Positions 20,288 through 33,035 of a DNA stretch of 64,000 bases are shown piece after piece. A model generated the notes under the pieces. The model searched no databases and was not told the DNA's origin. It saw only the letters and a program-made list of their open reading frames with translations. A program made the translations under genes and the position numbers. The stretch comes from Alphaproteobacteria bacterium (GTDB taxonomy: Bacteria > Pseudomonadota > Alphaproteobacteria > GCA-2746255). The stretch spans positions 1,248,001-1,312,000 of the forward strand of contig OZ252220.1 of NCBI GenBank assembly GCA_965249135.1. The letters run 5' to 3'. How positions within the stretch are numbered: the stretch's first letter is position 1; the number at the start of each line of letters is the position of its first letter.

Positions 20288-20848
20288 CTAGCCGATCCGG
20301 ACAACAAGCGTGTCGTCGAGGAAGACGTACGGAGGTACGGTGAGATTCTTCGGCGCCGGGCCTTTGCGAATGCGGCCCGAGCTGTCGTAATGGGAGCCAT
20401 GGCAGGGACAGAACCAGCCATCCCAATCGCCGCGTGGGTCGCCCATCTTCTGGCCCAGCGGGATGCAGCCAAGATGCGTGCACACGCCGACCATGATCAG
20501 CCATTCCGGCTTTTCCGCCCGCTCCTGATCCGGCTCGGGATCGCGCAAGGTTTCCACATCGACGGCGCGCGCCGCCTCGATCTCGGCCGCCGTGCGGTGG
20601 CGGATGAAGACCGGCTTGCCGCGCCATTGAATGGTGATCGCCTGGCCTTCCTCGATCGGCGAGATGTCGATTTCCGTGGACGACAGCGCCAGCACATCGG
20701 CGGACGGGTTCATGCTATCGATGAATGGCCAGAGGGAGAGCGCGACGCCGATGCCGCCGACGGCGCCCGTGGCGAGAATCAGGAAATCCCGGCGGCTGCC
20801 GCCGTCTTCGTCTGCCGCCGTCTTTTGGGATTTTTCCTTAGCTGCCAT
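20288..20848 (-). CDS. petA: Rieske iron-sulfur protein
   Basis: Tat motif SRRDFL; CTHLGC and CPCHGS. Confidence 0.97.
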   Translation of the reverse strand: MAAKEKSQKTAADEDGGSRRDFLILATGAVGGIGVALSLWPFIDSMNPSADVLALSSTEIDISPIEEGQAITIQWRGKPVFIRHRTAAEIEAARAVDVETLRDPEPDQERAEKPEWLIMVGVCTHLGCIPLGQKMGDPRGDWDGWFCPCHGSHYDSSGRIRKGPAPKNLTVPPYVFLDDTLVVRIG

Positions 20849-21037
20849 GTTTCGCGTCGCTCCCCTTCGCAGGCCTAGCGCCTGGAACCGATACGGTGCC
20901 GAAGTATGGTTGCCAGTTTGTTAAGCCGCCTTAAGTTTCGCGAAGGATAAGGATCGTAAGGATCGTATAGCGTTTTCGAGCCGATGGCTCACGGGTATAC
21001 TAAAATTTCAACGCCTTTGCAAAGCCCCGCCCCGGTC

Positions 21038-21514
21038 ATGCGCATAGCCCTGTTTGAGCCCGACATACCTCAGAATGCAGGCGCGATCTTGCGGCTTTGC
21101 GCCTGCCTCGGCGTGCCTCTTGACGTGATTGGCCCTTGCGGTTTCGTCTTCGACGACCGCCGGCTCAAGCGCGTGGCACTCGATTATCTGGACAAGGCCA
21201 CGGTCTGCCGCCACGTTTCGTGGGACGCCTTCCTGAAAACGCGAAAAGAGGACGCGCATGCTGGCCGGCTGGTGCTGCTTTCCACAAGTGCGGAAATCTT
21301 CTATACGGATTTCGCCTTTCGCGAAAACGACACGCTTCTCCTTGGGCGCGAAAGCAAAGGCGTGCCCGCCGCCATCCACGAAACGGCGGACGCGCGCGTG
21401 AAGGTCCCGATGCAAAGCGGTGTACGCTCGTTGAATGTCGCGCTCGCCGCCGCCATGGTGGCGGGCGAGGCGCTTCGCCAGACGGCGGGCTGGCATAAGG
21501 GAAATGGGAGATGA
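21038..21514 (+). CDS. trmL: tRNA (cytidine34-2'-O)-methyltransferase
   Basis: [29 protein letters not shown] (SPOUT family). Confidence 0.9.
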   Translation: MRIALFEPDIPQNAGAILRLCACLGVPLDVIGPCGFVFDDRRLKRVALDYLDKATVCRHVSWDAFLKTRKEDAHAGRLVLLSTSAEIFYTDFAFRENDTLLLGRESKGVPAAIHETADARVKVPMQSGVRSLNVALAAAMVAGEALRQTAGWHKGNGR

Positions 21515-22368
21515 CGCGCGACGCGCAAAAAGCAAGGGCCAGCGCCTGGTTCGAGGAATTGCAGGGTTCGATCTGCCGCCGTTTCGAGGAAATCGAGGCG
21601 GCCTATGACGGACCCGGTGACGAACCCGGCGCCGAGCTTGCCCCCGGCCGGTTCGAACGGACCGCCTGGAAGCGCGAGGAAGGCGGCGGCGGCGTGATGA
21701 CGATCCTGAAAGGTAGGGTCTTCGAGAAGGTCGGCGTCAATGTCTCGACCGTCTTCGGCGAGTTTCCGGAAGCCTTCCGCAACGAGATCCCAGGCGCGGA
21801 AACGGACCCGACCTTCTGGGCGAGCGGCATCTCGCTGGTTGCCCATCTGCGTTCGCCCCATGTGCCGACCGTCCATCTGAACACGCGCCACATCGTGACG
21901 ACGAAGGGCTGGTTCGGCGGCGGCAGCGATCTCACGCCCACATTTGCGGATGAAAAGGACACGCAAAGTTTTCACGCCGCCTTCAAAGCCGCCTGCGACA
22001 AGCACGACCCGGATTACTACCCGCGCTTCAAGGAGGAGTGCGACCGCTACTTCTATTTAAAGCACCGCGACGAGCCGCGTGGCATCGGCGGCATCTTCTA
22101 CGATTATCTCGACAGCGGCGATTGGGAAGAGGACTTCGCCTTCACGAGGGACGTCGGCACCGCCTTCCTCGAAGTCTATCCGTTGATCCTTTCCCGTCAC
22201 ATGGACGCGCCGTGGACGGAGGCGGAACGCGCCGCTCAATTGGTGAAGCGCGGACGCTACGTCGAGTTCAACCTGCTTTACGATCGCGGTACGAAGTTCG
22301 GGCTGATGACCGGCGGCAACGTGGAGGCGATCCTGATGTCGCTGCCTCCCGTCGTCACCTGGCCTTAG
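21511..22368 (+). CDS. hemF: oxygen-dependent coproporphyrinogen III oxidase
   Basis: [39 protein letters not shown]. Confidence 0.96.
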   Translation: MTRDAQKARASAWFEELQGSICRRFEEIEAAYDGPGDEPGAELAPGRFERTAWKREEGGGGVMTILKGRVFEKVGVNVSTVFGEFPEAFRNEIPGAETDPTFWASGISLVAHLRSPHVPTVHLNTRHIVTTKGWFGGGSDLTPTFADEKDTQSFHAAFKAACDKHDPDYYPRFKEECDRYFYLKHRDEPRGIGGIFYDYLDSGDWEEDFAFTRDVGTAFLEVYPLILSRHMDAPWTEAERAAQLVKRGRYVEFNLLYDRGTKFGLMTGGNVEAILMSLPPVVTWP

Positions 22369-22371
22369 ATT

Positions 22372-23610
22372 TCAACCCAAAAGTTCCTTCGCCTTCTCAA
22401 GGCAAGCCTCGCGCGAGGCTTGGAAATCGCCTTCGATCCACCAGTCCTCGAGGCTCTCCAGCAGCACCCCCATCTCGGGCCCTGCGGGAACGCCGAGCGC
22501 CTGGAGGTCCTTCCCCTTCACCGGAAATTCGACCGGTTGCCAGCTTCTCGCCTCGGCAAGGGCGGCCCGGGCTGGTTCGGAAAATCCCTCACCTGCCCGC
22601 GCCCAATGGAGGAGAGCCTGATCCACGACGCGCTCGGCGCCAAACCCATAAAGGGCGCGGCGCACGCCCTTGGCGTCCTCGAGGTCCGCCATGCCAATGG
22701 GAGACGTGACAAGCGTCATGAGACGGCGTTTCTCGACATTCGAAAGTTTGAGGTGCGCCGCAACTTCGCCCACCGCGTCGGCGTCTTCGCGATCCACAGC
22801 CAGCAAGATGGCGAGCCTGCGGATCGGATGGCCGCCAAGGGTTTCCTTCTCAATCGCCACGAGGGCGGCAAGGGCATCGACGTTCGTCGCCTCCGGAAGC
22901 AGGTGGACGAGCACGCCTTCCTTGATCATGAGCCGAACGACGTCGGCCGCCGCATTCGAGGCAAGCAGGCGCAGCATCTCGGCGCGCACCCGCTCGCCGG
23001 AAAGGTTCGGTAAAAGCGGTGCCAGCTCCCGGCAGGCATCAAGGGCGTCCGGATCCGGGCCTGCGATTCCATACTCCGCATAGAAGCGGAAGAAGCGAAG
23101 CAGGCGAAGGACGTCTTCTTCGATTCGCTCCTTGGCGTTGCTGACGAATCGCACGCGGCCCGCAAACAAATCCGCGACCCCATCGAAGGGGTCATAGAGC
23201 GTGCCGTCCGCATCGCAGAAGACGGCGTTCATCGTGAAGTCGCGCCGCGCCGCGTCTTCCTGCCAGTCATCGATATAGGCGACCTTTGCGTGCCGCCCGT
23301 CGGTTTCGACGTCGCGGCGGAGCGTCGTGATCTCGAACGGCTTGTGATTGACGACCGCCGTCACCGTCCCATGGGCGATGCCAGTTGGCACCGTGTGGAT
23401 GCCGGCTTGCTTGAGAAGTTCGAGCGCGCTTTCCGGCGGCTCGGTCGTCGCGATGTCGACGTCGCGGACCTCGCGTTTCAGAAGCGCATCGCGCACGCAG
23501 CCGCCCACGAAACGGGCAAGCGCGCCGTTTGTTGTCAACGCCTTCAACACGGTTTGCGTTTCCGGCGCCGTCATCCAGGGCTGGGTTTCCATTTTCCCGG
23601 ACGGCTGCAA
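22372..23610 (-). CDS. cca: CCA tRNA nucleotidyltransferase
   Basis: VGGCVRD, DVDIAT, EITTLR, RRDFTMNA, EDVLRLLRFFRF. Confidence 0.9.
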   Translation of the reverse strand: MQPSGKMETQPWMTAPETQTVLKALTTNGALARFVGGCVRDALLKREVRDVDIATTEPPESALELLKQAGIHTVPTGIAHGTVTAVVNHKPFEITTLRRDVETDGRHAKVAYIDDWQEDAARRDFTMNAVFCDADGTLYDPFDGVADLFAGRVRFVSNAKERIEEDVLRLLRFFRFYAEYGIAGPDPDALDACRELAPLLPNLSGERVRAEMLRLLASNAAADVVRLMIKEGVLVHLLPEATNVDALAALVAIEKETLGGHPIRRLAILLAVDREDADAVGEVAAHLKLSNVEKRRLMTLVTSPIGMADLEDAKGVRRALYGFGAERVVDQALLHWARAGEGFSEPARAALAEARSWQPVEFPVKGKDLQALGVPAGPEMGVLLESLEDWWIEGDFQASREACLEKAKELLG

Positions 23611-23625
23611 CCTAGGGCCCCCGCC

Positions 23626-24225
23626 TCAATCGCGGAGGGCTTCGCAGAGATTCCTCAGCATCCCCGCCGTCGCCCCCCAGATGTACCGATCTTCATAAGG
23701 AATCGCATAGTAGTAGGCGGTTCGGCCACCGTATAGGCGTTCGTGACGAACGTAGTTGGCAGGCTCGAGAAAGTGGCTAAGCGGCACTTCGAAGACGTCG
23801 GCGACTTCGAAGCGGTCGGGTTCAAGGGGAAAGGGCGGCGCCAGGAGGCCCACGACCGGGACCACCTCGAAGCCGGTGCGGGTGATGTAGGTATCGAGGC
23901 GGCCGATGAGTTCGATGGAGGCGTCGGGAATCCCGAGTTCCTCTTCCGTCTCGCGAAGAGCGCCCGCCTCCGGATCGCGATCGGCGCTCTCCAGCCGGCC
24001 GCCGGGAAAACTGATCTGGCCGGCATGATCGTTCAGATGATCCGTGCGCTGGGTCAAGAGGACCGTCATGCCGTCTTCGCGATCGACGAGCGGCACCAGC
24101 ACGGCGGCCGGCGTCCAGGGCGCCGGCGGGGCGAGATGCGGCGACAGCACATGGTCGCCGCGTAAGGAGTCGCGATCCGTCTTCGGCCGGTAGGCGGAAA
24201 GCTGGGTGGTGACGCGATCGCACAT
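23626..24225 (-). CDS. Nudix CoA pyrophosphatase
   Basis: AAVLVPL, HAGQISFPGG, ALRETEEELG Nudix box, IWGATA. Confidence 0.9.
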   Translation of the reverse strand: MCDRVTTQLSAYRPKTDRDSLRGDHVLSPHLAPPAPWTPAAVLVPLVDREDGMTVLLTQRTDHLNDHAGQISFPGGRLESADRDPEAGALRETEEELGIPDASIELIGRLDTYITRTGFEVVPVVGLLAPPFPLEPDRFEVADVFEVPLSHFLEPANYVRHERLYGGRTAYYYAIPYEDRYIWGATAGMLRNLCEALRD

Positions 24226-24788
24226 TATTTCGGCCCGTGAAGGGGGCTCAAGGGAAAGAAGACATCCTTGCTCCATACGCCAAGCACCGCCTTCGCTCCG
24301 GTGCCCACTTCAACCCCAAGCGCCACGAGTTCGTAATAGACGGCGCGCATAATCAGCGCCTCCAGCCGGTCCCGCACCACAAGGTAGGGTCTGGGTTCAC
24401 AGGTTTTTGGGTCCTCCACCACGCGCAGCGGGTGGTCGGGCCCCGCCTCGATCCATTCGTCCACGTTCGTACGCAAGCGCAGCACCTGATGGCGGCCGAT
24501 GCCGGAGACGGCAAGCTCGACCGCCGTGAAGGGGGCATCTTCGACCTCCACCCGTCCCTTCTCGACCGGCGTTTCGAGCCAGTAGTCGCCTTGGCTGTCC
24601 CGTTTGAGCACGGTCGAGAAAAGGCGGACCAGGGATTGGCGCGCGATCGGCGAGCCCTCGTAATACCAGGTGCCATCTCGCGCGATGCGGATCCCGAACT
24701 CGCCACAGTCGTGGGGCTCTCGCTTCGCTCTCGCGTTGGCCGAGCCCGCGTTCCGTTCGGCTGCCATGGCTTGCGGTTGGTCGTTCAT
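24225..24788 (-). CDS. DUF1285-family protein
   Basis: IARDGTWYYEGSPI, LFSTVL, TPVEK, VEDAPF. Confidence 0.85.
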   Translation of the reverse strand: MNDQPQAMAAERNAGSANARAKREPHDCGEFGIRIARDGTWYYEGSPIARQSLVRLFSTVLKRDSQGDYWLETPVEKGRVEVEDAPFTAVELAVSGIGRHQVLRLRTNVDEWIEAGPDHPLRVVEDPKTCEPRPYLVVRDRLEALIMRAVYYELVALGVEVGTGAKAVLGVWSKDVFFPLSPLHGPK

Positions 24789-24909
24789 CAAGGCTCTTCC
24801 AGGATGCCAAGGTCCGGCTTGTTTTCAAGGCCTGGGACTATACTTCGGTCAGGTTACGCCCTTATAACGTAAGTCTTCCAAAAACAAAGACGAGCGGAAA
24901 GATCGGGGA

Positions 24910-26289
24910 ATGGGAGCGGGCAGCCTTCAGGAAGCAGACGCCTCGCCGCCTCGCGCGTACGTGCGAACACTGCCCAAAAGCCGCGATCTGCTTCGGCTCC
25001 ATGCGCTCAGGCCCGAACGCTACCCCTTTCTTCTGGAAAGCGTCACCCGGGGCACCCCCCGGGCACGCTATGACATTCTCTTTGCCTTTCCCGAGGCGAG
25101 CGTAAGCCTCACGGCAAGCGAAAGTCCCGAAGGCGGCTTCCTTGACGCCCTCGATCGCCGGTGGCAAGCGGCCTGCGTGCGCGATGCAGCATCTTCGCTT
25201 CCCTTCACAGGCGGCTGGTTTCTTTACCTGGGTTACGAGTTGGCCGGCGAGATCGAGCCCACCCTTCGCCTGCCGGCCGCCAAGGACGGCTTTCCGATTG
25301 CGCTGGCGACGCGCATCCCGGCCGCCATCGTCCGCGACAATGAGCGAAACGAAACCCATCTCGTGGCGGAAGCCGGAAGGGCGGAATTGCTCGATGCGCT
25401 TAAAGATGATTTTGAGGAAGCCGCCGCCATCCAACCCCCGCCCGGCCGCGATGGTCCCGTGCTAGCAGCACCCCTTTATGAGGCGAGCGCCGAGCGTTAC
25501 CTCGACGGTGTCAAACGGGTGCAAGACTACATCGCGGCGGGCGACGTCTTTCAGGTGAACCTGTCGCGCCTTTGGGAAGGGGACTTAAAGGATGACCTCA
25601 CCCACGCCGAGATTTACGCGCGCCTTCGCAAACGGAATCCGGCCCCCTTCGCCGGCCTCGTGACATTTGGAGAACGCGCGATCTTAAACTCTTCGCCGGA
25701 GCGCCTCGTCGAGCGCCGGGGTGCGCTTGTGCAGACCCGCCCCATCGCCGGCACGCGGCCCCGGGGCACGGATGCCTCGAGCGACCGCGGGTATGCGCAA
25801 AAGCTGCTGGCGCATCCGAAGGAGAGAGCCGAACACATCATGCTGATCGATCTCGAACGGAACGATCTGGGCCGGGTGGCGCGACCGGGAAGCATCGCGG
25901 TCGATGAATTCATGGGAATCGAATCTTACGCCCACGTCCACCACATCGTCTCGAACGTGCGGGGCGAGGTGGGGGCGGAAACGACCCCCGGCGAGATCAT
26001 CCGCGCCTTCTTCCCGGGCGGCACGATCACGGGATGCCCGAAGGTGCGCTGCATGGAAATCATCGCCGAGCTGGAAGGGATCGGCCGCGGACCCTATACG
26101 GGCGCCATCGGCTATCTCAACCGAAACGGCGACATGGACCTGAACATCCTGATCCGTTCGATCCTTCGCGAAGAAAACCGGGTTTCCATCCGCACGGGTG
26201 CGGGCATCGTCGCCGATTCGGTGCCGGCGCGCGAGCTCGAAGAAACCCGCGACAAGGCCCGCGGCATGATCCGCGCGTTAACCGGATGA
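24910..26289 (+). CDS. pabB: aminodeoxychorismate synthase component I (chorismate-binding family)
   Basis: FQVNLS, SSPERL, TRPIAGT, KERAEHIMLIDLERNDLG, FPGGTITGCPK; coupled to a PabC-like gene. Confidence 0.8.
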   Translation: MGAGSLQEADASPPRAYVRTLPKSRDLLRLHALRPERYPFLLESVTRGTPRARYDILFAFPEASVSLTASESPEGGFLDALDRRWQAACVRDAASSLPFTGGWFLYLGYELAGEIEPTLRLPAAKDGFPIALATRIPAAIVRDNERNETHLVAEAGRAELLDALKDDFEEAAAIQPPPGRDGPVLAAPLYEASAERYLDGVKRVQDYIAAGDVFQVNLSRLWEGDLKDDLTHAEIYARLRKRNPAPFAGLVTFGERAILNSSPERLVERRGALVQTRPIAGTRPRGTDASSDRGYAQKLLAHPKERAEHIMLIDLERNDLGRVARPGSIAVDEFMGIESYAHVHHIVSNVRGEVGAETTPGEIIRAFFPGGTITGCPKVRCMEIIAELEGIGRGPYTGAIGYLNRNGDMDLNILIRSILREENRVSIRTGAGIVADSVPARELEETRDKARGMIRALTG

Positions 26290-27146
26290 CGAAAGCCATT
26301 CCAAACCTCTTGGTGAACGGGCTGCCGGCGGGCGCGATCCCGGCCGACGACCGGGGCCTTCGCTATGGCGACGGCGTCTTCGAGACGATTGCGGTTCGCG
26401 ATGGACAGCCGGAGTTTTGGGATCGTCATCTGCGAAGGCTCTATTTAGGCGCCGAGCGGCTCAAGATCGAAGCCCCGGCCGAGGCCACCCTGGTCAAGGA
26501 GGCGGCGCGCCTTTTAAAAGCGTCGCGCGACGGCGTGCTGCGCATCCGGCTCACGCGAGGCGGCGGCGGTGCAGGCTATCGGCCGGAGCCCGACCCGCGC
26601 CCGACCCGCATCCTCGAGCTCGATGCCTTTCCGGCGCATCCGAAAGATGCGCCCGCGCAAGGGGTTCGGGTCCGCCTGGCTCAGATGCGGCTTGGGCAAA
26701 ACCCCGCCCTTGCCGGCATCAAGCACTTGAACCGCCTTGAACAGGTGCTGGCGGCCCAGGAAGGAACGGAGCCTGAGATCGCCGAAGGGCTGATGCTGGA
26801 TCAAGACGGCTATCTGATCGAGGGCACGCGGACGAACGTCTTCTTCGTGAGTGATGGCGCGCTGGTGACGCCGGCGCTCACCACGGCAGGGGTGGCCGGC
26901 ATCCTGCGCGAGGTCGTGCTGGAAGAGGCCAAGCGCCTCGAGCACACGGTTGAAATCCGCCCCGTACGGCTGGCCGAGGCCACTCGCGCCCAAGAATGCT
27001 TCCTCACGAACAGCCTCATTCACCTTTGGCCGGTGCGTGAGTTCGAGGAAAGGACCTATACCATCGGCGCACGCACGCGCGAGCTTGCACGCAGCATCGA
27101 GGCGCGCGCGCGCGCCGAACGCGGCCTTAAGCAGCCGCCTTTGTGA
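26286..27146 (+). CDS. pabC: aminodeoxychorismate lyase
   Basis: DRGLRYGDGVFET, IKHLNRLEQVLA, EGTRTN, FLTNS. Confidence 0.88.
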   Translation: MTKAIPNLLVNGLPAGAIPADDRGLRYGDGVFETIAVRDGQPEFWDRHLRRLYLGAERLKIEAPAEATLVKEAARLLKASRDGVLRIRLTRGGGGAGYRPEPDPRPTRILELDAFPAHPKDAPAQGVRVRLAQMRLGQNPALAGIKHLNRLEQVLAAQEGTEPEIAEGLMLDQDGYLIEGTRTNVFFVSDGALVTPALTTAGVAGILREVVLEEAKRLEHTVEIRPVRLAEATRAQECFLTNSLIHLWPVREFEERTYTIGARTRELARSIEARARAERGLKQPPL

Positions 27147-27224
27147 GACTTGCCGGGAAGCGAACGCCGACGCATGATGGGCGGAGGGGCAAGCAAGGCT
27201 CTTAAAAAATTGGGAGGATCACCG

Positions 27225-27677
27225 ATGAACACTCTCTTCATTCCGGCGCTTGGCGGGATTTACGAGAAGCTTTCCTGTCTCGCCTATCCCTTGATCCGGG
27301 TAACGACCGGGCTCTTCCTCATTCCCCACGGGGCGGGGAAGCTTTTCGGATGGTTCGGCGGCAATGCGGAAAAGACCGCCGAGTTCTTCAGCAAGATCGG
27401 CATTGAACCGGCCATGCCGATGGTGATCGCCGCCGGCGCCGTCGAATTCTTCGGAGGCATTCTCCTGGTGCTTGGTCTGTTGACGCGGCCGGCCGCAGCG
27501 GCCGTCTTCGTGTTGCTGGTCGTCGCCGTCGAGCGCGTACATCTCGCGAAGGGTTTCTTCGTTTACAATGGCGGTTACGAGCACGCCATGATGTGGGCGC
27601 TTCTTGCACTGGCGATTCTTTTCCGGGGTGGCGGCGCGTTTTCCGTCGACCGCAGCCTCATCGGCAAAGAATTCTAA
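27225..27677 (+). CDS. DoxX-family membrane protein
   Basis: HGAGKLFG, EFFGG, GLLTRPAA, GGYE, GGGAFSVD; GGAGG RBS. Confidence 0.85.
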   Translation: MNTLFIPALGGIYEKLSCLAYPLIRVTTGLFLIPHGAGKLFGWFGGNAEKTAEFFSKIGIEPAMPMVIAAGAVEFFGGILLVLGLLTRPAAAAVFVLLVVAVERVHLAKGFFVYNGGYEHAMMWALLALAILFRGGGAFSVDRSLIGKEF

Positions 27678-27680
27678 GCG

Positions 27681-28478
27681 GTGGATCTTGGTCTTAAGGG
27701 CAAGTCCGTCATCGTCACGGGCGGCGGCTCCAACATCGGGCGCGCCATCACCTTGGGCTTCGCAAAGGAAGGCGCGAATCTGACGGTGGCCGACATCGAC
27801 GCTGGACAGGCGGAAAAGGTTGCGCTTGAGGCGCGCAAGCTTGGCGCCGGTGACGTTCAGGTGATCGAGACGGACGTCACGGATTTCGATGCCGTCGGCC
27901 GGATGGTGGCGGCGGTACGTGACAAATACGGCAGGGTCGACGTGCTGGTAAACAACGTCGGTTGGGACCGGCTGATGTTTTTCGCGCAGACGACGCCGGA
28001 GCTTTGGGAACGGATCATTCGGATCAACTTCGTCGGCGTCCTCAACTGCACGAAGCAGGTTCTCGACACCATGATCGAACAGAACGAAGGCGCGATCGTT
28101 TCCATCAGTTCCGACGCCAGCCGCCAGGGCGAGCCCACGGAGGCCGTCTATGGCGGCATGAAGGCGGCGGTGAACAGCTTCATGAAGACGATCGCCAAGG
28201 AGAACGGCCGCTTCGGCATCCGCTGCAACGTCGTCTGCCCCGGCATCACCGTGGCGGAGAAACCGGAAGAACTTGGCGAGAAGAGCATGTGGAAGACCGG
28301 CGACGTCGACTTCTCGGAGGGGCAATTGGAGAAGGTCGCCAAGACCCTGCCGCTGAAGAAGATCGGCCGGCCCGACGACATCGTCGGCGCCGTCCTATAC
28401 TTTGCCTCGAACACGGCCGCCGGCAACGCGACCGGTCAAATTTTGAGCGTCAGCGGCGGCTACAGCATGATCGGGTGA
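27681..28478 (+). CDS. SDR-family oxidoreductase
   Basis: TGGGSNIG, LVNNVG, YGGMK (YxxxK), NVVCPG. Confidence 0.9.
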   Translation: MDLGLKGKSVIVTGGGSNIGRAITLGFAKEGANLTVADIDAGQAEKVALEARKLGAGDVQVIETDVTDFDAVGRMVAAVRDKYGRVDVLVNNVGWDRLMFFAQTTPELWERIIRINFVGVLNCTKQVLDTMIEQNEGAIVSISSDASRQGEPTEAVYGGMKAAVNSFMKTIAKENGRFGIRCNVVCPGITVAEKPEELGEKSMWKTGDVDFSEGQLEKVAKTLPLKKIGRPDDIVGAVLYFASNTAAGNATGQILSVSGGYSMIG

Positions 28479-28667
28479 GGCGAGCCCCATCGAGGCAGGG
28501 CGCGGCGAAGGGCTGGCGAACGGGGCTTGAAGATCGAGGGGCCCCAAGGCCCGCCTTGAAACAAAATTTCGTGAGCCGGCTGGTTCTCATCTTTATGCAA
28601 ACCATATAAATATCTTGCTAGTATCCACGGTTACGCCGCCGAGATGGCGCGATGAGTGAGAAATAGG

Positions 28668-30542
<1,875 letters not shown>

Positions 30543-30543
30543 C

Positions 30544-31572
30544 ATGAACGTAACGACACCACTCGAGAAACTGACCGCGAAGGACTTCACGTCCGATCAG
30601 GAAGTGCGGTGGTGCCCGGGCTGCGGGGACTACGCGATTCTGAAGGTGATCCAGAAGACGATGCCGGAGCTTGAGCCGATGCGTGAAAACGTCGTCTTCG
30701 TTTCCGGCATCGGGTGCTCGTCGCGCTTCCCGTACTACATGAATACTTACGGCTTCCACACGATCCATGGCCGCGCGCCCGCCTTCGCGACGGGGGTGAA
30801 GCTGGCCAATCCGGAGCTAAGCGTGTGGGTCGTGACCGGCGATGGCGACGGGCTTTCGATCGGCGGCAACCATCTGCTGCATATCTTACGGCGGAACGTC
30901 GACGTTCAGATCCTGCTGTTCAACAACGAAATCTACGGACTGACGAAGGGGCAATATTCGCCAACCTCGCGGCTGGGGACGCGTTCGCCCTCGACGCCGA
31001 CGGGCTCGATCGACAATCCCCTGTCGCCGACGGAATTCGCCCTTGGCGCCGGCGCCCGTTTCGTCGCCCGGGGCGTCGACACCCAGCTGAAGCGCCTGCC
31101 GGACCTGTTCAAGCGGGCCCATGCCCACAAGGGCGCCTCCTTCATGGAGATCTTCCAGAACTGCATCGTCTACAACGACGCGGTGTTCAACGACTTCACC
31201 GAGAAGTCGGTCGCCGACGAGAAGCAGATCCATGTCGAACACGGAAAACCGCTTCTTTTCGGCAAGGAAGGGACCTCAGGCTTGCGCCTGAAGCCAGGCA
31301 GCCTCGAGCTTGAGATCGTGACGGTTGGAGAGAACGGCATCGCCGAAGGCGACCTTCTCGTCCATGACGAGACGAGCCGCCCCCTTGCCAATCTGCTGGC
31401 GGCCATGCAGCCCCCCGATTTCCCGATGGCCATCGGGGTCCTCTACTGCAATCCGTCCGAGCCCTACACGGACAAGATCCATGGGCAGATCGAGGGGGCG
31501 AAGGCGAAGGCGCCGCCCGGCGACCTCAATACGCTGCTTCGTTCCGGCCATACCTGGCAGGTCACCGACTGA
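30544..31572 (+). CDS. korB: 2-oxoacid:ferredoxin oxidoreductase beta subunit
   Basis: WCPGCGD, SGIGCSSR, GDGDGLSIGGNH, YGLTKGQYSPT. Confidence 0.93.
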   Translation: MNVTTPLEKLTAKDFTSDQEVRWCPGCGDYAILKVIQKTMPELEPMRENVVFVSGIGCSSRFPYYMNTYGFHTIHGRAPAFATGVKLANPELSVWVVTGDGDGLSIGGNHLLHILRRNVDVQILLFNNEIYGLTKGQYSPTSRLGTRSPSTPTGSIDNPLSPTEFALGAGARFVARGVDTQLKRLPDLFKRAHAHKGASFMEIFQNCIVYNDAVFNDFTEKSVADEKQIHVEHGKPLLFGKEGTSGLRLKPGSLELEIVTVGENGIAEGDLLVHDETSRPLANLLAAMQPPDFPMAIGVLYCNPSEPYTDKIHGQIEGAKAKAPPGDLNTLLRSGHTWQVTD

Positions 31573-31665
31573 CCCTTGGCACCGGCTGAGCCTTCGCACC
31601 GGCAAGGCAGCGCCTTAGCGAGTCGGCTTGACGGGCATTCTTCCTCCCTCCAGAGTGATTCCAAG

Positions 31666-32991
31666 ATGACGATCAGGGTGGCAATCATCGGGGCCGGACC
31701 GGCCGGCTTCTATACGGCCGAGGCGCTGACCAACCTGGACGCGGACACAGAGATCGACCTCATCGAATATCTGCCGGCCCCTTACGGGCTCATCCGGGCC
31801 GGCGTGGCGCCCGATCACCAGACGACGAAGAAGATCCAGAAAAGCTACGCGAAGACCGCGCTCAAACCGGAGGTCCGCTACTACGGCAACGTCAAGGTCG
31901 GCCGCGACGTGAGCCTCGACGCGTTGCGCGAAATCTACGACGCCGTCGTGCTGGCCATCGGGGCTCCGACCGACAACCCGGCCCGTTTGCCGGGCGCCGA
32001 CAAGAAGGGCGTCTATGGCTCGGCCGCCTTCGTCGGCTGGTACAACGGGCATCCGGATTTCAGGAACCTCGACCCGGACCTCAACGTGTCTGCCGTCGCC
32101 GTCATCGGGGTCGGCAACGTGGCGGTCGACGTCGCCCGGGTGCTGGTGAAGACCCATGAGGAGATGACGATGGCCGATCTGCCGGACTATGCCGATGCCG
32201 TCATCCAAGCGGCCCCGATTAAGGACGTCTACATGTTCGGCCGGCGGGGGCCGGTGGACGCGAAGTTCACGAATGTGGAACTGCGTGAAATGGGCCGCCT
32301 CGAGAACAGCGTGCCCATCGTCGATCCGGCCCAGCTGCCGGACGCGGTGACCGGCGATTACAAGGACCGGGACCTGCGCGTGCGGGAGAAGAACCTGGGT
32401 ACGCTGAAGGAATTCGCCACGCGCAGACGTGAGGAAAAGCCGAAGCGGGTCCATTTCGTCTTCTATGCCTCGCCGGTCGAGATCCTAGGGGGGGACAAGG
32501 TCGAGAGGCTGCGCCTGGAACGGACCCGCGTCGAGGAAGGCCGGGCCGTCGGCACCGGCGCGTTCTTCGAGATCCCATGCGGGGTCGTGATATCGGCCAT
32601 CGGCTATCGCTCGGAGCCGATCGAAGGGGCACCCTTCGACGCGGAAAGGGGAATCGTCCCGAACGCGGAGGGCCGCGTGGCGGACGGGCTTTATGCCGTC
32701 GGCTGGATCAAGCGGGGGCCGACCGGCACGATCGCCACCAACAAGCCGGACGGCAAGCTCGCCGCCGAGCAGATCCTCGCCGATGGCAAGGGGGGAAAGC
32801 CCGGCCGGACCAGCTTCGAGAAGCTGCTGGATGGGCGCGGCATCCGGACGGTTTCGTTTGAGGAGTGGCAGAAGATCGAGGCGGTCGAGGAGGCCGCCGC
32901 CACGCCGCCCGCGCCGCGCAAGAAATTCGTCACCGTTGAGGCCATGCTCGCCCAGCTCGATGGCGTGGAGGCGACCCGCGAGGTCGGCTGA
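31666..32991 (+). CDS. fprA: ferredoxin-NADP+ reductase (adrenodoxin reductase/FprA type)
   Basis: GAGPAG, GVAPDH, FVGWYNGHP, GVGNVAVDVAR, GWIKRGPTG. Confidence 0.88.
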   Translation: MTIRVAIIGAGPAGFYTAEALTNLDADTEIDLIEYLPAPYGLIRAGVAPDHQTTKKIQKSYAKTALKPEVRYYGNVKVGRDVSLDALREIYDAVVLAIGAPTDNPARLPGADKKGVYGSAAFVGWYNGHPDFRNLDPDLNVSAVAVIGVGNVAVDVARVLVKTHEEMTMADLPDYADAVIQAAPIKDVYMFGRRGPVDAKFTNVELREMGRLENSVPIVDPAQLPDAVTGDYKDRDLRVREKNLGTLKEFATRRREEKPKRVHFVFYASPVEILGGDKVERLRLERTRVEEGRAVGTGAFFEIPCGVVISAIGYRSEPIEGAPFDAERGIVPNAEGRVADGLYAVGWIKRGPTGTIATNKPDGKLAAEQILADGKGGKPGRTSFEKLLDGRGIRTVSFEEWQKIEAVEEAAATPPAPRKKFVTVEAMLAQLDGVEATREVG

Positions 32992-33010
32992 AGAGGGAGT
33001 CGGCGTGGCT

Positions 33011-33018
33011 TAAAAAAG
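33011..33018. repeat. 8-bp target site duplication, left copy (TAAAAAAG)
   Basis: identical to 35534-35541. Confidence 0.9.
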
Positions 33019-33035
33019 GGGACTTATATACGATT

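Noticed and set aside
20921-20934. TTAA-GCCGCC-TTAA upstream of petA as a CtrA box
   Set aside because: Spacer is 6 nt rather than 7
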